Shown: piece by piece, positions 15,746 to 25,087 of the stretch | Numbering within the stretch: position 1 is the stretch's first letter | Layout: every line of letters begins with the position of its first letter | Assembly: GCA_043718735.1 (NCBI GenBank) | Contig: JAYSVC010000030.1 | Coordinates: 1-41,309 of the forward strand | Direction of reading: 5' to 3' | DNA length: 41,309 nucleotides | DNA from: a bacterium | GTDB taxonomy: Bacteria; Patescibacteriota; Minisyncoccia; Phycocordibacterales; UBA5272 | Translations under genes and position numbers: made by a program | Notes under the pieces: generated by a model | Told to the model about the DNA's origin: nothing | What the model saw: only the letters and a program-made list of their open reading frames with translations | The model's database searches: none

Positions 15746-18700
15746 ATGAAAAATATAATCGACTTTACAAACTTTACTAAAAAGATTTTCGCTAGCACAC
15801 TACTAACTAGTATGCTCGCCACATTATTAATATCAGCAACATTTAGCTCTGCCTTAGCTGCTGGGGGTAATACTGTTACCCTAACGCCAGTAGCAGACAC
15901 GACTTATGGTTCTGCACCAATATCAATAACGGCAACACTTGATCCAGCTGTTGGGAACGTAACATTCACTTGGTCAGGAAGCTGTAATCTAACTGGAGCT
16001 GGAGAGACACGCAGTATAAGTATAACTGGAGCAGGAACATGTACTGTTACTGCTACTAAAAATAGTAATGCTTTTGCTACTGTTACTTTTAATATAGCAA
16101 AGAAGGACATTACTATGAGTACTGGAGATTTTGCCAGTCCTAGCAAAATCTATGACGGGACAACTGTTGCGAGCACAATACTGAATCCAACAGCTATCAC
16201 TTTTTCTGGAGTAATCAATGGCGATGATTCAGACGCGGCAAAGTTAAGTGTGAACACTTCTACCGGAGTTGCTACTCTATCTTCTAGAAATGTGACCACA
16301 ACAGCAGTGAACAATGTTACTTTTACAGGTTACACTCTGCAAGGAACAAAATCAGGTAATTACAATCTTACAAATCAACCATTACCAGAAACACAAATAG
16401 TAAACAAAAGAACTATTACTGTAACTCCTGCGGCAACTACAAAGGTTTACGACACTAACACATCATCTGTCACCTCTCCTGTGATTAGCCCTGCTGTTGC
16501 CACTGGCGATACTGGTGCTTTTACTCAAAGTTATGTAACTACAGACGTTGCTACAGCCAAAGAAATGATAGCAACAGGAAATGTATCAGATTCTAATGAT
16601 GGAAATAATTATACTGTGACTTTTGCAACTGCTAGCGTTGGAGTTATAACAAAAAAAGGACTAACTGTAACAGGATTAACAGCTTCTAACAAAGAGTATG
16701 ATTCAAATACTAGCACTACTGGTGCGGGAGTTCCTGCTCTTGTTGGCGTGATGGCTACTGATACTGTAACTCTTGGAGGTTCTGCAGTTATGAGCTTCTT
16801 AGATTCTGCAGTGGCTAATGGAAAGACAGTAAATGTAACTGGCTTAACTATTAGTGGTACTAGTTCTGATAACTACTCACTAACACAGCCAACATTAACT
16901 GCAAATATTACAGCCAAAAATATAACAATATCTGGTCTTAGTGTTGCGAATAAAGTATATGATGGACTAACAACAGCCATAATGAGTGGTGTAGCTACTC
17001 TTGTTGGTGTTATAAATACTGACTTGCTTAATGTCAGATTAGGGGGGAATCCTATCCTAGCTAACTTTGACACAAAGAATGCCAGCACTTCAAAACTAGT
17101 TAACATAACAGGATACACAGCGAGTGGAACAGCTGCAACTAATTACAATATTGTCACTCCTACAACTACTGCAAATATTACAAAGAAAACTTTAACTGTA
17201 ACTGTATCAGCTGTTAATAAAGTATATGATGGAAATACAAATGCTGTTGTGACTTTTTCTGATAACAGATTAATGGGAGATTTAATAACTATAACTGGAA
17301 CAGCTAATTTTTCTAGCAAAACTGTTGCTAATACAAAATTAGTAACTGTAACTGGATTAACTGTGACAGGCACTGATGCTGTAAATTATGTTTTAGCTAC
17401 TACCACATTAACAACAACTGCAAATATCACAAAGAAAGATATAACTACTAATGTCACTGCTTCTTCTAAAACCTATGACGCAAATACACTTGCTTCGTCT
17501 ACTGTATACTCATCAGGCATTGCTATAGGTGATTTTGTAAATTACACTTTTACAAGCTCTAACTTCTCAAACAAGAATGTAGGTATTGCAAAATTAGTAA
17601 CAGTGAATGGCATAGCTCTTGCAACTGCAACTGATACTCTTAATTATAATTTATTAAATGCTGTTGCAACCACAAATGCTAACATCACAGCTCGTGACCT
17701 GATTGTCTCTTCTGTGGGTGTTAATAAAGCATATGATGGCACTACTACTACAACCGTTAATTCTCTAACTTCTAATTCTTTACTTGGGGATGTAATTGGA
17801 GCCATATCTTCTACTACATCTAACTTTATAGACAAGAATGTAGGAGTAAATAAATTAGTAACTACAAATATACTAATAGGTGCTGGGGTTGATAATACCA
17901 ATTACAACTTACCACTTATCTCTACAACAACTGCAAATATCACAAAGAGAACATTAAATATGTTAAGTGCATCTGGCACTGATAAGGAGTACGATGGTAG
18001 CAGATACGGATTTGCTTCAATCACAGACAACAGAATAACTGGAGATGTGTTAGTCTATGCTTCTACAACCTCACTCTTTGACACAAAGAATGCTGGTGAT
18101 ACAAAAAGCATAACAGTAATCGGTATAACAATAAGTGACACTGATGCCATGAACTACACATTAGCGTCAACTAGTATTACGACTCCTCTGAATGTAAAAA
18201 TCACTAAAAAATCAGCAACTATATCGGCTGAAAACAAAACAAAAGCTTTTGGTGACGCTGACCCGATATTAACAGCAACTACTAGCATGATTATTGGAGA
18301 TACTCTAACAGGAACACTTGTAAGAACAGTAGGTGAAAATGTAGGTACATATACTATTAATCAAGGCACACTGAGTGCTGGCAATAATTACATAACTACT
18401 TTTAATGCTGGAACATTCACAATCACAGAGGCTGTGATTCTTACACCAGTTATTGTAGAAAACTTTGCTGGATTCCTTATCGCTTCTACTAACCTCAGTA
18501 GAAATGCTACGGTGAGAAATAGCGATGGATCATTACAGGTACTACAAGTATTAGGAGCAAGCAAGTTTAGATTCAACAAAAATCTTAAGCTTGGAATGAA
18601 GAATAATAATGACGTAAAAGAATTACAAAAAGCATTAAATGCTCTAGGATTATATGCGTCTACCAGCACAAATGGAAACTTTGATAATGATCTATTTAAA

Positions 18701-18787
18701 GCCGTTAAAGCTTATCAAAAGATTAACAAAGTGACTCCAGTATCTGGATATTTTGGACCAATCACACGTGGTGTTATAAACAAATAA
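15746..18787 (+). CDS. Large secreted surface protein: 8 YDG-type repeats + MBG domain + C-terminal peptidoglycan-binding domain
   Basis: Signal peptide present. Recurring K(V/I/E/T/A)YD(G/T/S/A)xT ... NY ... TANITKK units. MBG-like AFGDADP...GENVGTYTINQG...NY. PG_binding_1-like DVKELQKALNALGLY...AVKAYQK. Confidence 0.85.
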   Translation: MKNIIDFTNFTKKIFASTLLTSMLATLLISATFSSALAAGGNTVTLTPVADTTYGSAPISITATLDPAVGNVTFTWSGSCNLTGAGETRSISITGAGTCTVTATKNSNAFATVTFNIAKKDITMSTGDFASPSKIYDGTTVASTILNPTAITFSGVINGDDSDAAKLSVNTSTGVATLSSRNVTTTAVNNVTFTGYTLQGTKSGNYNLTNQPLPETQIVNKRTITVTPAATTKVYDTNTSSVTSPVISPAVATGDTGAFTQSYVTTDVATAKEMIATGNVSDSNDGNNYTVTFATASVGVITKKGLTVTGLTASNKEYDSNTSTTGAGVPALVGVMATDTVTLGGSAVMSFLDSAVANGKTVNVTGLTISGTSSDNYSLTQPTLTANITAKNITISGLSVANKVYDGLTTAIMSGVATLVGVINTDLLNVRLGGNPILANFDTKNASTSKLVNITGYTASGTAATNYNIVTPTTTANITKKTLTVTVSAVNKVYDGNTNAVVTFSDNRLMGDLITITGTANFSSKTVANTKLVTVTGLTVTGTDAVNYVLATTTLTTTANITKKDITTNVTASSKTYDANTLASSTVYSSGIAIGDFVNYTFTSSNFSNKNVGIAKLVTVNGIALATATDTLNYNLLNAVATTNANITARDLIVSSVGVNKAYDGTTTTTVNSLTSNSLLGDVIGAISSTTSNFIDKNVGVNKLVTTNILIGAGVDNTNYNLPLISTTTANITKRTLNMLSASGTDKEYDGSRYGFASITDNRITGDVLVYASTTSLFDTKNAGDTKSITVIGITISDTDAMNYTLASTSITTPLNVKITKKSATISAENKTKAFGDADPILTATTSMIIGDTLTGTLVRTVGENVGTYTINQGTLSAGNNYITTFNAGTFTITEAVILTPVIVENFAGFLIASTNLSRNATVRNSDGSLQVLQVLGASKFRFNKNLKLGMKNNNDVKELQKALNALGLYASTSTNGNFDNDLFKAVKAYQKINKVTPVSGYFGPITRGVINK
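16090..18200 (+). repeat. In-frame tandem array of ~230-nt coding repeats (YDG domains)
   Basis: DNA-level recurrence of ACTGCAAATAT(T/C)ACAAAGA(A/G)A and AAAGTATATGATGG. These are protein repeats, not CRISPR. Confidence 0.8.
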
Positions 18788-18800
18788 TGCACACAGGCAT

Positions 18801-18832
18801 AAAAAGGCACGACCTACGGTCGTGCCTTTTTA
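18801..18832 (+). terminator. Rho-independent terminator
   Basis: Stem GGCACGACC (18806-18814) / GGTCGTGCC (18818-18826), followed by TTTTT. Confidence 0.8.
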
Positions 18833-18847
18833 TGTTATAATATTATT

Positions 18848-19960
18848 ATGATAGGAAACTCCAGATCTCCAAAAAAAATAAGACATCATCTCAAGCATTT
18901 TTTTATTCCACATGAGCACAATGATTTTAAACCACATATATTCCGAGAAGTGTCTGTGTCTGTTATGCTCGCCACTACTCTATTTTTATTTGGACTCTCT
19001 ATTGGTAGTGCATACATAATACAAGGAACAGTAATAGGTCGTGAGATAATCAGTAAAGTCTTAATAGACCTGACCAATGAAAATAGAATCTCTAATAATC
19101 TAACCCCACTAAATGAAAACAATAAGTTAACCTTAGCTGCACTACTAAAAGCAAAAGACATGTTAGGTCGCCAATATTTTGCTCATGAGTCACCGACAGG
19201 TGCAACGCCTTGGAGCTTCATAGAGCAGGCAAATTATGAATATACCTATGCTGGTGAAAACCTAGCCATAAATCATATTGATAATAATCAGACGGATAAT
19301 GCCTGGATGAACTCACCACTACATAGGAAAAATATTTTAGATAGTAATTTTGAAGAGATAGGTATCTCGGCCTACTCTGGAGACTATCAAAATAGAAACA
19401 CCATCTTTGTAGTGCAAATGTTCGGCACACCTGCAAAAAATTATGACTCTACAATCTTAGCTACAGAAAATGTAAAAATAGAGAATGATACACAAGAAAT
19501 AAATACTAACACAAATACACCAAAAGAACCGGTAAAAAAAGTTTTAGCAAGAGAAACAAAAAAAGTTTTAGCAAAAAATCCAGAATCAAAAATAGAATCA
19601 ATAGCAACCAAAACTACTCCCACCCTAGAAAATAGCTCGTCTTCTGTACTTAATAATTCTACCAATACACTATTAGCCCCCACTGCTACTACTGAAGTTT
19701 TAAAAGTAGAAGGAACTAGTAATAAAAATTATTCCAATATCTATGAAAGGTTAATATATAATGGATCCAACTATGTTCAAAATATGTTACAGATTTTATT
19801 TGTAATTATTTTCATAGCCACCCTAACTGATATATTAGTAGAAATAAAAAAACAGCACATGCGTCATATTGCTTATGCTGTCTTATTACTTATTATCTTA
19901 ATCACCCTGATGTATTTGAATAAGAATTATTTTGAATTAAACTTTAAAGTTTTATTCTAA
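18848..19960 (+). CDS. CAP (SCP/PR1, YkwD-like) domain membrane protein
   Basis: YFAHESPTG...YAGENLA...WMNSPLHRKNIL...IGIS is a CAP signature. TM segments at both the N- and C-terminus. Confidence 0.8.
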   Translation: MIGNSRSPKKIRHHLKHFFIPHEHNDFKPHIFREVSVSVMLATTLFLFGLSIGSAYIIQGTVIGREIISKVLIDLTNENRISNNLTPLNENNKLTLAALLKAKDMLGRQYFAHESPTGATPWSFIEQANYEYTYAGENLAINHIDNNQTDNAWMNSPLHRKNILDSNFEEIGISAYSGDYQNRNTIFVVQMFGTPAKNYDSTILATENVKIENDTQEINTNTNTPKEPVKKVLARETKKVLAKNPESKIESIATKTTPTLENSSSSVLNNSTNTLLAPTATTEVLKVEGTSNKNYSNIYERLIYNGSNYVQNMLQILFVIIFIATLTDILVEIKKQHMRHIAYAVLLLIILITLMYLNKNYFELNFKVLF

Positions 19961-19963
19961 CTA

Positions 19964-20575
19964 CTATTCTAGTATACCATCTAGATTAACATCGTAAAGC
20001 ATAGCCTCACTTACTAATCTGTAATTTACTATTTCACTTGCTGTAAACCATATATTAACCTCACGGTCATACGCCTCCACGCCGTCCTCTGGATCTGTGC
20101 AGTGTATCAGATTTCTCATGCCACGTGACCCATCTGAATCACAAAGAAAATAAGAGTCTATGGCATAATCACCACGTATAGTTCCAGTGTCAGCACTTGC
20201 TGGCTCAGTACTGCCAACTAATCTCTTAACTACGGCACCTGAGTTATTACCCTCAATAACCATGGCAACAACTGGACCACAAGTCATATATCCAACTACA
20301 GCACGTATAATATCCTTACCGTACTCTACTGCTTCCTTCTCTACTGGTAGACCTAATTTCTCGCGATTAGCGATAAGGCCTGTACCCTTTTTAAGATACC
20401 AAGCATCATCTTTTTGATAATGATCCCAGCATTGTGTCTCAGTTGGCACTATCATTTTCATAGCCGCTATCTTAAGACCGATACGCTCAAATCTTTTAGT
20501 TACTTCACCCACAAGGCCACGTTGTACTGCGTCAGGCTTTAGTATTACAAATGTTTTTTCTTTTTTTGGATGCAT
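19964..20575 (-). CDS. ndk: Nucleoside-diphosphate kinase, long form (203 aa)
   Basis: KTFVILKPDAVQRGLVGEV, GPVVAMVIEG, GTIRGDYA and NLIHCTD (catalytic His), with about 35 extra residues inserted and a C-terminal extension. Confidence 0.8.
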   Translation of the reverse strand: MHPKKEKTFVILKPDAVQRGLVGEVTKRFERIGLKIAAMKMIVPTETQCWDHYQKDDAWYLKKGTGLIANREKLGLPVEKEAVEYGKDIIRAVVGYMTCGPVVAMVIEGNNSGAVVKRLVGSTEPASADTGTIRGDYAIDSYFLCDSDGSRGMRNLIHCTDPEDGVEAYDREVNIWFTASEIVNYRLVSEAMLYDVNLDGILE

Positions 20576-20663
20576 ATATTTTTTATTTTATTTATTAAAA
20601 TTATTTTTATTAGTGATTTTTTAACTCTTGTATTATAGCATAAAATTGATGTTTTTAGAAATT

Positions 20664-20690
20664 AAAAAACCCACTTTTTACGGTGGGTTT
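20664..20690 (-). terminator. Rho-independent terminator downstream of CDS 20709-21155
   Basis: Stem CCCAC/GTGGG extended by A/T pairs. A U-run follows on the minus strand. Confidence 0.55.
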
Positions 20691-20708
20691 ATCTTTAAAG
20701 ATTTTATT

Positions 20709-21155
20709 TTAGTGGAAGTTATAGAAAAGCTTTGTACCCACTTTCCATGCACCATGCTCATCTGGCTTCCAGATTTTTGCACACCATTTTAGTGAGTCTT
20801 CTCGTTGTACTATTTCTAATACCAGACATTCACCTTCTGCATTTGCAATAGGGAAAAGATTAGACGTACCTGATTTTTCTAATTCGTAGCCGATACCAAA
20901 AAGAACAGGCTCAGGCTCATATTGATTCTTTGTAATAAAAACAACTTGATCAAGCGTAACTGGTTTTTCATAAGCGTGAAGCATATAAAAAACTTTTAAA
21001 TCAAATTCTGCTTTGCTTAAAGTTGTAAACTCTAAGCCATGAGACATTACATGTAAAGTAGTTTTCTTTTTGAATAAAGTAGCAACATTGTCACTGACTA
21101 ATGTAACCCCTTCAAAATACCATTCCGGTCTCACTTCTTCTGTTGCTAATTCCAT
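20709..21155 (-). CDS. Hypothetical protein (148 aa)
   Basis: Clean ORF with AAAGGAG SD. Confidence 0.6.
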   Translation of the reverse strand: MELATEEVRPEWYFEGVTLVSDNVATLFKKKTTLHVMSHGLEFTTLSKAEFDLKVFYMLHAYEKPVTLDQVVFITKNQYEPEPVLFGIGYELEKSGTSNLFPIANAEGECLVLEIVQREDSLKWCAKIWKPDEHGAWKVGTKLFYNFH

Positions 21156-21215
21156 GACATCTCCTTTTAATGAACGAGACGTTTATAATAACACAAATAT
21201 GCTGTAAAGTAAATA

Positions 21216-21255
21216 AAAAGAAAAGGCGACACCTTCGGTGTTGCCTTTTCTTTTT
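21216..21255 (-). terminator. Rho-independent terminator after rpsR
   Basis: Stem GGCGACACC / GGTGTTGCC with loop TTCG, flanked by A/T runs. Confidence 0.75.
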
Positions 21256-21271
21256 ATTTACTTTTCCAAAA

Positions 21272-21460
21272 TTATCTAGCGATGTATGGAAGTAACCCCA
21301 TAAATCTAGCACGCTTAATAGCTGCTGCTAAGTCACGCTGTTGTGTTGCTTTCATATTAGTTTTTTTACGTCCTAATATTCTAGCATTTGGATTGATGAA
21401 CTTTTTAAGAGTGTCAACATCTTTGTAGTCTATATTTTTAATTACTGCTGTAGTTTTCAT
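21272..21460 (-). CDS. rpsR: 30S ribosomal protein S18
   Basis: LKKFINPNARILGRKKTNMKATQQRDLAAAIKRARFMGLLPY is a bS18 signature. Confidence 0.92.
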   Translation of the reverse strand: MKTTAVIKNIDYKDVDTLKKFINPNARILGRKKTNMKATQQRDLAAAIKRARFMGLLPYIAR

Positions 21461-21481
21461 TTTTGTTTTTTAATTAAAAGA

Positions 21482-21934
21482 TTAGAACGGTATATCATCA
21501 GGATTGATGACCTCGCCATAATCTATGGTATCTAATTCTTGCTTACTACTTACTGAAACATTTTCCTCATTAGCGCTTGATGATGCCCCCATTGCTGGTG
21601 CTCCACCTTTTGCTCCCATTTGCATATTTTCAGCGATGATTTCTGTGCGGTATTTTTTACCTCCACCAGCTGGATCATCCCAGCTTCTGGTTTGTATTCT
21701 TCCTTCAATCAGACATGACTGCCCTTTTTTCAGATACTGACCAGCCACTTCTGCCTGTCTGCCAAATGTTACTACGTTATGATACTCTACCATTTCTTGC
21801 TTTGCACCATTCGCGTCTTTGTAGCTACGATTAGTTGCAAGGGCAAAGTTACATACTTTTGTGCCATTTGGTAATGATTTTAGCTCTGGGTCACGAGTTA
21901 GATTCCCTAAGATATAAGTTTTATTTAGATACAT
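21482..21934 (-). CDS. ssb: Single-stranded DNA-binding protein
   Basis: OB-fold N-terminus (GNLTRDPELK...), Gly-rich linker and acidic C-terminal DDIPF tip. Confidence 0.92.
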   Translation of the reverse strand: MYLNKTYILGNLTRDPELKSLPNGTKVCNFALATNRSYKDANGAKQEMVEYHNVVTFGRQAEVAGQYLKKGQSCLIEGRIQTRSWDDPAGGGKKYRTEIIAENMQMGAKGGAPAMGASSSANEENVSVSSKQELDTIDYGEVINPDDIPF

Positions 21935-21983
21935 GTATTTGTGTAATTAATTTAATATATAATAATTATATTATATATTCTGA

Positions 21984-22475
21984 TTAATTGCTAGCAACTT
22001 CTGCTTCTTTTGTAATAACTTCTTCAGACTTTACGGTTGGAGTAACTTCTGTTGTAGTGTCAATATTTACATTATCTTCAACAACTTTTTCAATTATTTT
22101 CTTTGTATAAATATTAATATCTCTGTCAGCTTTTACGGCTATGTATCTTATTACATCTTCGTCAAGCTTAAAAGATTTTTCTACTTTTGCTAATTTAGAA
22201 GGATCAAGTTCAAACTTTACCCATCCAAAATAACCAGTATCAAATCTGTTATTTACGTTTTTAATAACACGGAGCATTTCGTAAGATAGGTCACGCATAT
22301 ATGGTGCCTCCTCAGAAATGAAGCTCGCGCCTTCGCTAGCAATAGACTGTTTAAGAGAATTAATCTTCTCTGCGGCTGCGTCCTCAGTTATCGTCGGTAC
22401 TAATATGTACGATATCTCATAGACACGGTTTTCAATTCCGCCTTCTACTATGGTTTCATTTTCAATTTTGTTCAT
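21984..22475 (-). CDS. rpsF: 30S ribosomal protein S6 with N- and C-terminal extensions
   Basis: YEISYILVP...RDLSYEM is an S6-like core. It occupies the canonical rpsF-ssb-rpsR arrangement. Confidence 0.8.
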   Translation of the reverse strand: MNKIENETIVEGGIENRVYEISYILVPTITEDAAAEKINSLKQSIASEGASFISEEAPYMRDLSYEMLRVIKNVNNRFDTGYFGWVKFELDPSKLAKVEKSFKLDEDVIRYIAVKADRDINIYTKKIIEKVVEDNVNIDTTTEVTPTVKSEEVITKEAEVASN

Positions 22476-22483
22476 AGACTTAT

Positions 22484-22512
22484 ATTATAACACAAAAATT
22501 AACTTTACTCAA
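22484..22512 (-). promoter_or_regulatory. Promoter TTGAGT-N17-TATAAT with TGT extended -10, 8 nt from the rpsF ATG (near-leaderless)
   Basis: Minus-strand TTGAGT at 22507-22512, TGT at 22490-22492, TATAAT at 22484-22489. Confidence 0.55.
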
Positions 22513-22532
22513 GAATGATAAAATGACTAAAA

Positions 22533-23915
22533 CTATCTTCCTTCCATTACTATTTCTGCTTTTTTAAGTAATATAGCGTTGAACTCACCCCTTCTTTTAC
22601 CAAAAACTTCCAAAATATAATTATTATTCCCTATGACAAAATCACCAACTGGCTTTGTTAGCATTACTAAACTGTTTGGGTTAATTTTTGCTAATAATTT
22701 CTCTGTGTTAGTGTCCCATTTATATTCTTCTTTTGTATTTTTATTTGTAAGTATGACATTTAAATCTGAAATATAATCATTACCGATATTACCAATAGTT
22801 AATTCTAAATTATTCTGCTTTTGCACTCCGTCTCTACTTCTTAAAAAATAATTTAATTTTTCACCTTGAACTTCTACTTGTGTTTTGTATGTTATCACAG
22901 AGGCATTTATATTCACCTCCAAGACATCAGTCGCATAGCTGGACCCAGTCTCATCATTTTCTTTTACTTCAGCGACATAGCTTCTTATATTTTTAGTCTG
23001 ACCTATACTATTTTTAAAATATCCAGTCACTCTATACTCCCTCTCTTCACCAAGCGGTAGATTCTCTATGAAAAAGTGAGTAGCATCTTCTTCTGCATTT
23101 TTCTTTATGACAAAACCGTTTGGCATCTCTACTACCAACTTTGATCTAATAAAGTTTTTAAGCGAGAGATTCTTTACTTTAAAGGTGTAAGTATTTTCAT
23201 AATCTTCTACCACATCATTCGAACCTGATATCTTTACCGAGGCTAATGGCGTAATTATCTTAACTTCTTTTTCTAAAGTTTTACTGAACTCAGCATTAGA
23301 ATTTTCTACTTTGTAAGTTAGGGTTAATTTAACTTTTCTAATATCTCCCTCACTACCGATAAATAGATAATCAGTGCTAGTCGCCATGTATCCATTAGCT
23401 ACCACATCACCAAAAATAAAATCTTTTGTTAATGTATCTGTCTCACCTTCACGAGTAAATCCTTTTTGATAAGTGAACTTTACTTTTACATCTTTTATAA
23501 CTACTTTGTTTCCATTATTTATTTCTATTTTAAAATTATTACTTTCTCCCGCTTTTACATCTAAGGGTATATCACTAGTTAAGCTTATCCTCTCGCTCGA
23601 GACCTGACTTTTGTCAAAATAATACTTATAAGCTAAAAACATTCCACTCAGTAGCAACAAGGTTAGTCCAGCGATAAAAAACCAAAAGAAAAATGGTCTA
23701 TGTTTTTTACTCTCTTCTGACTCTAACAACTTCAAAGCTTTTTGATCTTCTTCTTTTCTAATATTCTCCACTTCTTTTTGTTCGGACATAACTTTTAAGT
23801 GATTCCAGTCAGTCGGGGTTCTCACGTTTAAAACAGGCACTACTTCAACCTTTAGAACATTAGGGTGGTCCGCAGCGTGAACGCTTTCTATTTTAATATC
23901 ATCATTAATATTCAT
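22533..23915 (-). CDS. Hypothetical membrane-anchored beta-rich protein (460 aa)
   Basis: Single TM segment (FFFWFFIAGLTLLLLSGMFLAY) followed by a long beta-rich extracytoplasmic region. Confidence 0.65.
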   Translation of the reverse strand: MNINDDIKIESVHAADHPNVLKVEVVPVLNVRTPTDWNHLKVMSEQKEVENIRKEEDQKALKLLESEESKKHRPFFFWFFIAGLTLLLLSGMFLAYKYYFDKSQVSSERISLTSDIPLDVKAGESNNFKIEINNGNKVVIKDVKVKFTYQKGFTREGETDTLTKDFIFGDVVANGYMATSTDYLFIGSEGDIRKVKLTLTYKVENSNAEFSKTLEKEVKIITPLASVKISGSNDVVEDYENTYTFKVKNLSLKNFIRSKLVVEMPNGFVIKKNAEEDATHFFIENLPLGEEREYRVTGYFKNSIGQTKNIRSYVAEVKENDETGSSYATDVLEVNINASVITYKTQVEVQGEKLNYFLRSRDGVQKQNNLELTIGNIGNDYISDLNVILTNKNTKEEYKWDTNTEKLLAKINPNSLVMLTKPVGDFVIGNNNYILEVFGKRRGEFNAILLKKAEIVMEGR

Positions 23916-23945
23916 AATAATTTAACTTAAATTAATCTATAGTAA

Positions 23946-24500
23946 TTATAACATACTTGCAGTGATAGCATGAGTTACTATTTGCACAGCTTCTTTTTTA
24001 CGTAATTGTATGTGTAATATATAATCTTCTACCGATGTAGATAAGTATTTTTCTAAGCTAAGACCAAGCAGCTCACTATCAAGATATCCAAGCATAATCA
24101 TGATTTCAGAAGTGAGACATAATTTTAAAATACTTTGATCTAATTCTGGATAACATATATAATCTTTTAACCTGTCATAAAGCTTTGTATTTTTCTGCTC
24201 TCCGGTTATGTATCTACCAACTATACTCGTAACTACAGGCAAGTTTTTATGGGCATTTATTTTATCATACTCTTCTTTTGCTCCAGCTAATCTGTAATAT
24301 TCTTTTCCTTTTACTAAGGTTACATTTGAGATTCTATTCTCTACGATGTGGGCGCGTAATTTTACACTTTTACGCAAGCTCATGGACTTCGTATATATCA
24401 TACCAAAATCACGAGTATACATCTTGATCACTGCATCATTTTCTCCACTTTCAAATATCCTAACTATTATCGCTTCTGTACTTTGCTTTTCTATGGACAT
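23946..24500 (-). CDS. recO: RecO-like DNA repair protein (short, 184 aa)
   Basis: N-terminal OB pattern EAIIVRIFESGENDAVIKMYTRDFGMIYTKSMSLRKS resembles RecO. Confidence 0.5.
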   Translation of the reverse strand: MSIEKQSTEAIIVRIFESGENDAVIKMYTRDFGMIYTKSMSLRKSVKLRAHIVENRISNVTLVKGKEYYRLAGAKEEYDKINAHKNLPVVTSIVGRYITGEQKNTKLYDRLKDYICYPELDQSILKLCLTSEIMIMLGYLDSELLGLSLEKYLSTSVEDYILHIQLRKKEAVQIVTHAITASML

Positions 24501-24578
24501 GATTATAAAAATTAACTTGTCATATTATAACATAAATAAAACCCCTCAAATTAGTGAAGGGTTTATTATTTTAAAAAT

Positions 24579-24995
24579 CTAATTCGCAGTAAACCAAAGA
24601 TAAACGGTAGGTAAAGGAGCAACACTACAGTACGCACCAAAATTAGTAGCAGTGCCTCCATTATTCACACAACCATTAGAACAGTAAGTCGTGTTACCTC
24701 CTACCCCACAGGCTATGGAGTGGTCGTATATGTAGTCACCGTTACATGTCTGCCCTGACGTAGGACAAGATGGTGTCCCTCCAACCACAGGAGCAGTTGT
24801 AGCTGGGGGTGCACTAGTTGTCCCTCCTGGAGGATTACCAGGAGGTCCCCACGCTTGAGCCTCTTGATAATAAACAAAATTACCAGAGATTCCTTCAGGT
24901 CTAGTTTCTCCCCCTGATGTTTCTTGTGCATATACAAACACAGAAGTAGATAGTGCGACTCCTATTAAAAATGAAGCGATAGTTTTAATTTTCAT
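24579..24995 (-). CDS. Small secreted protein: signal peptide, P/G/T-rich linker, 6-Cys C-terminal module
   Basis: Signal peptide ending VYAQE. Linker PPGNPPGGTTSAPPATTAP. The six Cys lie in CPTSGQTC...ACG...YCSNGC...YCS. Confidence 0.65.
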   Translation of the reverse strand: MKIKTIASFLIGVALSTSVFVYAQETSGGETRPEGISGNFVYYQEAQAWGPPGNPPGGTTSAPPATTAPVVGGTPSCPTSGQTCNGDYIYDHSIACGVGGNTTYCSNGCVNNGGTATNFGAYCSVAPLPTVYLWFTAN

Positions 24996-25050
24996 ATATT
25001 AATTATATATGAAATAAATGAATAATAAAATAAGTTATGCACAAAAAAAT
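24996..25050 (-). promoter_or_regulatory. Copy A of a conserved ~58-nt leaderless promoter module (TTTTTGTGCATAACTTA-N8-TTCATTTATTT-N4-TATAATTAAT-N2-ATG)
   Basis: Near-identical to 28165-28219. TATAAT ends 6 nt before the ATG. Confidence 0.55.
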
Positions 25051-25071
25051 CCACCAAGTATTCTTGGTGGA
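25043..25071 (-). terminator. Rho-independent terminator after the lipoprotein gene
   Basis: Stem TCCACCAAG / CTTGGTGGA with loop TATT. A U-run follows on the minus strand. Confidence 0.75.
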
Positions 25072-25087
25072 CTGATAATCATTTTGA

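Noticed and set aside
16090-18200. Regularly spaced DNA repeats that might look like a CRISPR array
   Set aside because: The repeats are about 230 nt apart, diverged, and lie in frame inside a 1013-aa ORF that encodes YDG protein repeats. There is no short-repeat/spacer architecture anywhere in the window.
21112-21312. ORF 21112-21312 (-), 66 aa
   Set aside because: It overlaps the rpsR 3' end, the rpsR terminator hairpin and the start of CDS 20709-21155, so it is not plausible as a gene.
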